DNA from: an uncultured Gammaproteobacteria bacterium
GTDB lineage: Bacteria > Patescibacteriota > Microgenomatia > UBA1406 > GWC2-37-13
Reading direction: 5' to 3'
Assembly (NCBI GenBank): GCA_964576365.1
Contig: CAZNUT010000001.1
Location: 1-56,001, forward strand
DNA length: 56,001 nucleotides
The position numbers were made by a program, and so were the translations under genes. Positions 53,149 through 56,001 of the stretch are shown in pieces. Within the stretch, counting starts at the first letter, position 1; each line of letters begins with the position of its first letter. The notes beneath the pieces are model-generated. The model searched no databases, was not told where the DNA came from, and was given only the letters and a program-made list of their open reading frames with translations.

Positions 53149-54695
53149 TTTCTGCAATCGTTGTTCATCATAACACTCCGCAAGACCTTGCACGCCTGGT
53201 GAAACTACTTAATCACGAAGACCTCCAAATCATCATAATTGACAATGCATCGACGAACCAATCAGTCATTCAAGATATCCGTGCAAATCATCCCCACATC
53301 CGTGTAATCATAAACAATATGAATGAGGGGTATGCACGTGCATGCAACCAGGGAGCACTGGAAGCAAAAGGGGAGTGGTTGGTATTTCTAAACCCTGATA
53401 TCGAAATAACCATTGATGGCTTACACATATGGAAAGACCTCTCAGAACGAAACCGATACGATGCCAGTTCGCCTCTACCTGCAAATCCTGTCGCTTATGC
53501 CAAACCTCTTCCCACAGCGGTTAACTTACTCATAGAGTTTAGCCCGTTAAAAAAATACATCCGGCAGGATGCAGCCAAAAAAACCCTTACGGGTGGAGCG
53601 CTCATGATAAAAAAAACAGTTTTTGATGAGATAGGCGGATTTGATGAGCGATATTTTCTGTGGTTTGAAGACAGCGATATCACAAAAAGACTCTTCGACG
53701 CACATAAAGCTGTCGGATGGATAACGGTTCCTCATACGCATCGAGGCGGCGCTTCTTTCAATAATATGGATGAACAGGAAAAACGGAGTATTTTTTTTCA
53801 CTCAATGTCAGTATATGCGCGCGCGCATTTTGGTTTCTTGGCAAAACATATTGTCTTTACCATTCAAAAGCGATATTGTGGACAAAAACACCTTCTTCCT
53901 CAGCTTCAAAACGGCATCTCGCTTGTTGTGCCAAATGCATGCCACCAACTCCTTCTTCGCTTTCTCGAAAAAAATCCACAATATCTCAAACATGCGCGAA
54001 TGTCACTTATTGTAGTTTCCAGCGATATATCAGCTCAGGATTTGTGGCAACTTCGCAAAAAATATCCTTCGGTGCGATTTATCGTTTTAGAAAAAAATAA
54101 GGGGTTTACCTCTACCGTAAACACTGGATTTTGTGTCGCAACTACTGAGTACATCGGCACTGTCAACGATGACACATATACGTCAGATGATTGGGTAGGG
54201 AAGTGTATCAAGCACGTCACGCGTTCTACCGGATCAGTAAATCCCATAATTCTCAAACCTGATACTCATGTCGAAAGCGCGGGAATCATGATTCACACAA
54301 AAGGCAAAGCATTTCCTGTCAAAAAAATATCTCAAAATGTCATCGAAAAAGTAGATGCTACCAATGCAGCGGCCGTGATCTATACACACAACGCCCTGCA
54401 AAAAACTGGTCTTCTTGATGAACGTTTTGGCTCGTATCTTGAAGACATAGATCTCTCGCTTCGTATGAGTCGCAATGGTTTTCATCATCTGGTGGTGGGA
54501 GATGCTCGCGTCGTACACGATGCACACCAGACAAGTGATGCCATCCTGCGAAGAAAAAAATACTGGCTGGATGTAAAAAATTGGATATTAATTATCATCA
54601 AAAACTGGAGATGGGACGAACTCTTTCGATATGCTCCACAGATTCTGATTGAGCGAGGACGTAATATCTGGGGAGCTCTCAAACAGAGTATGTAA
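53145..54695 (+). CDS. two-domain family 2 glycosyltransferase
   Basis: Domain 1: ISAIVVHHNTPQDL...IIIIDNASTN...WFEDSD. Domain 2: ISLVVPNACH...GFTSTVNTGF...VNDDT...YLEDIDLS. The start overlaps the flippase stop (ATGA). Confidence 0.8.
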   Translation: MISAIVVHHNTPQDLARLVKLLNHEDLQIIIIDNASTNQSVIQDIRANHPHIRVIINNMNEGYARACNQGALEAKGEWLVFLNPDIEITIDGLHIWKDLSERNRYDASSPLPANPVAYAKPLPTAVNLLIEFSPLKKYIRQDAAKKTLTGGALMIKKTVFDEIGGFDERYFLWFEDSDITKRLFDAHKAVGWITVPHTHRGGASFNNMDEQEKRSIFFHSMSVYARAHFGFLAKHIVFTIQKRYCGQKHLLPQLQNGISLVVPNACHQLLLRFLEKNPQYLKHARMSLIVVSSDISAQDLWQLRKKYPSVRFIVLEKNKGFTSTVNTGFCVATTEYIGTVNDDTYTSDDWVGKCIKHVTRSTGSVNPIILKPDTHVESAGIMIHTKGKAFPVKKISQNVIEKVDATNAAAVIYTHNALQKTGLLDERFGSYLEDIDLSLRMSRNGFHHLVVGDARVVHDAHQTSDAILRRKKYWLDVKNWILIIIKNWRWDELFRYAPQILIERGRNIWGALKQSM

Positions 54696-54731
54696 AATTG
54701 ACAGTCAAAGGAATGGGAGGTATAAAAAAAT

Positions 54732-54821
54732 ATGTCTATACTCCTTTTTAATTACATTGTAGCAACTTTTGTTGTGTGCTTCATTATTGGTTCTGCCTTA
54801 TATTTTACTTCCGATAAGTAA
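54732..54821 (+). CDS. possible 29-aa hydrophobic micro-protein (MSILLFNYIVATFVVCFIIGSALYFTSDK)
   Basis: I translated this by hand; it is not in the ORF track. It has a single TM-like stretch and is preceded by GGGAGG (54715-54720), one of the very few SD-like sequences in the window. Confidence 0.3.
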   Translation: MSILLFNYIVATFVVCFIIGSALYFTSDK

Positions 54822-54836
54822 GATAAATTCCATGCA

Positions 54837-54932
54837 CCGGCAGGTGTCACGAGTGGAGGGTTCCCGACAGCGCGCAACGAACGAAGTGAAGAGAGCACTG
54901 ACGGGAGGACAACGAGTGACAGAATCTGCCGG
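54837..54932 (+). repeat. GC-rich palindromic repeat, copy C
   Basis: Perfect 7-bp termini ccggcag/ctgccgg. It shares gtcacgagt.gagggttcccgacagcgcgca and agcactgacggga.gacaa.gagtgacagaatct with copy A, but has a different central segment. Confidence 0.85.
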
Positions 54933-54947
54933 AAAGTAAAATGTAAG

Positions 54948-55910
54948 TTAATTACTCTTTCTTATCACACACACCAGGGTAAGACCAAAAGGAAGTCCAC
55001 CAATCAGTTCTTCAATGCGTAGTATTGCATCCAAGACACCTCTGACAAAACGCGAGAGGGGAGAGTTGCTTTTCCTCATAGTTTCATTTATCGGACGGCC
55101 CAGTATTTTTTCATAAAATCCGTATACAAAAAACCCGATGATATTCCAGTAACACATTTTCATCTCACCAATCCTGTCTAATCCTGCTTGCGCAATATGG
55201 TCTTTCATCAGAGCTCGGTCATACCGGCGAAAATGTCCCCATGCCTTATCACGTTTACCATAGAGAAACTGAAATGCCGGAACGGTAATAACTAACTGAC
55301 CTCCCGGCCGGACAAACGACCAGAGATTTTTTAGTGCCGTAATATCATCTTTGATATGCTCGATGACATCGCTTGCGATCACCACATCGTACGATGCATC
55401 ACCTTTCATTTCGGTGATACTCCCTTGCCGGATATCAACACCGTTTAATGCGGGATCTCGACGCATATTTTCAACAAGCTCCTGCTCAAGTTCCACACCA
55501 TGAATCTCATATCCTACGGACTTGAAAAATTTGAGAATGAGTCCGTTTCCCGCGCCAACATCTAATAAACGTAGTCGTGTAGCGCCTGCCCTCCGAATCG
55601 GAGGGTGGAGCGTGGAACCTGAAACGTTTTCTTTTTTCGACTGACTATTATTTCCTGATTGTTTCAACGCCTGAGTCTCAGAATCCCTACGTTCCTGTGC
55701 ATCGAAAGTGTGGAGTCTCTGAGCATCTGACGTACTGTCACTGTGTCGCACTAATTTATGAACAAACCTTGCCAGATTGCTGATGCGAAGATCATAAGAG
55801 CTTGAAGCGAGATGATGTTGTTGTGAGATAAGATCATAATCGTCTACTTTTTGCATAGTATGAGTATACACTGAATGATTTTCTATCGTAAGACTATCAC
55901 AACAGTACAA
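54948..55910 (-). CDS. class I SAM-dependent methyltransferase with low-complexity N-terminal insertion
   Basis: LLDVGAGNGLILKFF...YDVVIASDVIEHI. aa ~55-110 are S/Q/R-rich and are encoded by spacer-type repeat modules. Confidence 0.8.
   Translation of the reverse strand: MYCCDSLTIENHSVYTHTMQKVDDYDLISQQHHLASSSYDLRISNLARFVHKLVRHSDSTSDAQRLHTFDAQERRDSETQALKQSGNNSQSKKENVSGSTLHPPIRRAGATRLRLLDVGAGNGLILKFFKSVGYEIHGVELEQELVENMRRDPALNGVDIRQGSITEMKGDASYDVVIASDVIEHIKDDITALKNLWSFVRPGGQLVITVPAFQFLYGKRDKAWGHFRRYDRALMKDHIAQAGLDRIGEMKMCYWNIIGFFVYGFYEKILGRPINETMRKSNSPLSRFVRGVLDAILRIEELIGGLPFGLTLVCVIRKSN
55584..55607. repeat. 24-nt GC hairpin module, second copy (inside methyltransferase ORF)
   Basis: gcctgccctccgaatcggagggtg is the perfect reverse complement of 6326-6349. 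It encodes HPPIRRAG of the minus-strand ORF. Confidence 0.85.
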
Positions 55911-56001
55911 AAGATATCTGTTCGTGTATAATACATATTAATTATAGGTAATTAGTTGATTTCGTAACCACACATTAATATATTTAAGTTGTGGTTATGC
56001 T

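Overview
This is an AT-rich bacterial window that uses the standard genetic code (TGA serves as a stop) and has almost no Shine-Dalgarno sequences. I see no rRNA, tRNA, CRISPR array, transposase or integrase. All family calls come from motif recognition in the supplied translations; no homology search was run.

Positions ~7.2-55.9 kb form one very large cell-surface glycan locus:
- 9 GT2 genes (one with two GT2 domains) and 2 GT4 genes.
- 5 large polytopic GT-C-like membrane proteins: one TPR-tailed, one ArnT/PMT-like, one 1135-aa AftD/DUF3367-like.
- 2 Wzx-like flippases and 4 class I SAM methyltransferases.
- An abutting MBOAT + SGNH/AlgJ-like O-acylation pair.
- At least four precursor modules: RfbF-RfbG-RfbH (CDP-3,6-dideoxyhexose); DegT + N-formyltransferase + Gfo/Idh/MocA; a WecE/WecD-like pair; and two MDR dehydrogenases + two nucleotidyltransferase paralogs + GDPD, which suggests a polyol-phosphate.

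The first ~7 kb is an accessory block I cannot assign. It holds a B12-binding radical SAM enzyme with Cx4Cx2C spacing, a kinase-fold protein, an orphan OmpR-type wHTH protein and many small acidic ORFs.

The most unusual signals are non-coding:
1. A ~100-nt GC-rich palindromic repeat occurs in three same-strand copies. One copy sits exactly on a GT2 start codon and is read through in frame.
2. A 24-nt GC hairpin module is shared between an intergenic spacer and an apparent in-frame ~56-codon insertion in a methyltransferase.
3. Spacers are built from tandem degenerate 7-nt (also 8- and 9-nt) phased word arrays with locus-specific consensus. These run right up to start codons, and -10-like boxes lie 5-8 nt from the ATG (leaderless-like).
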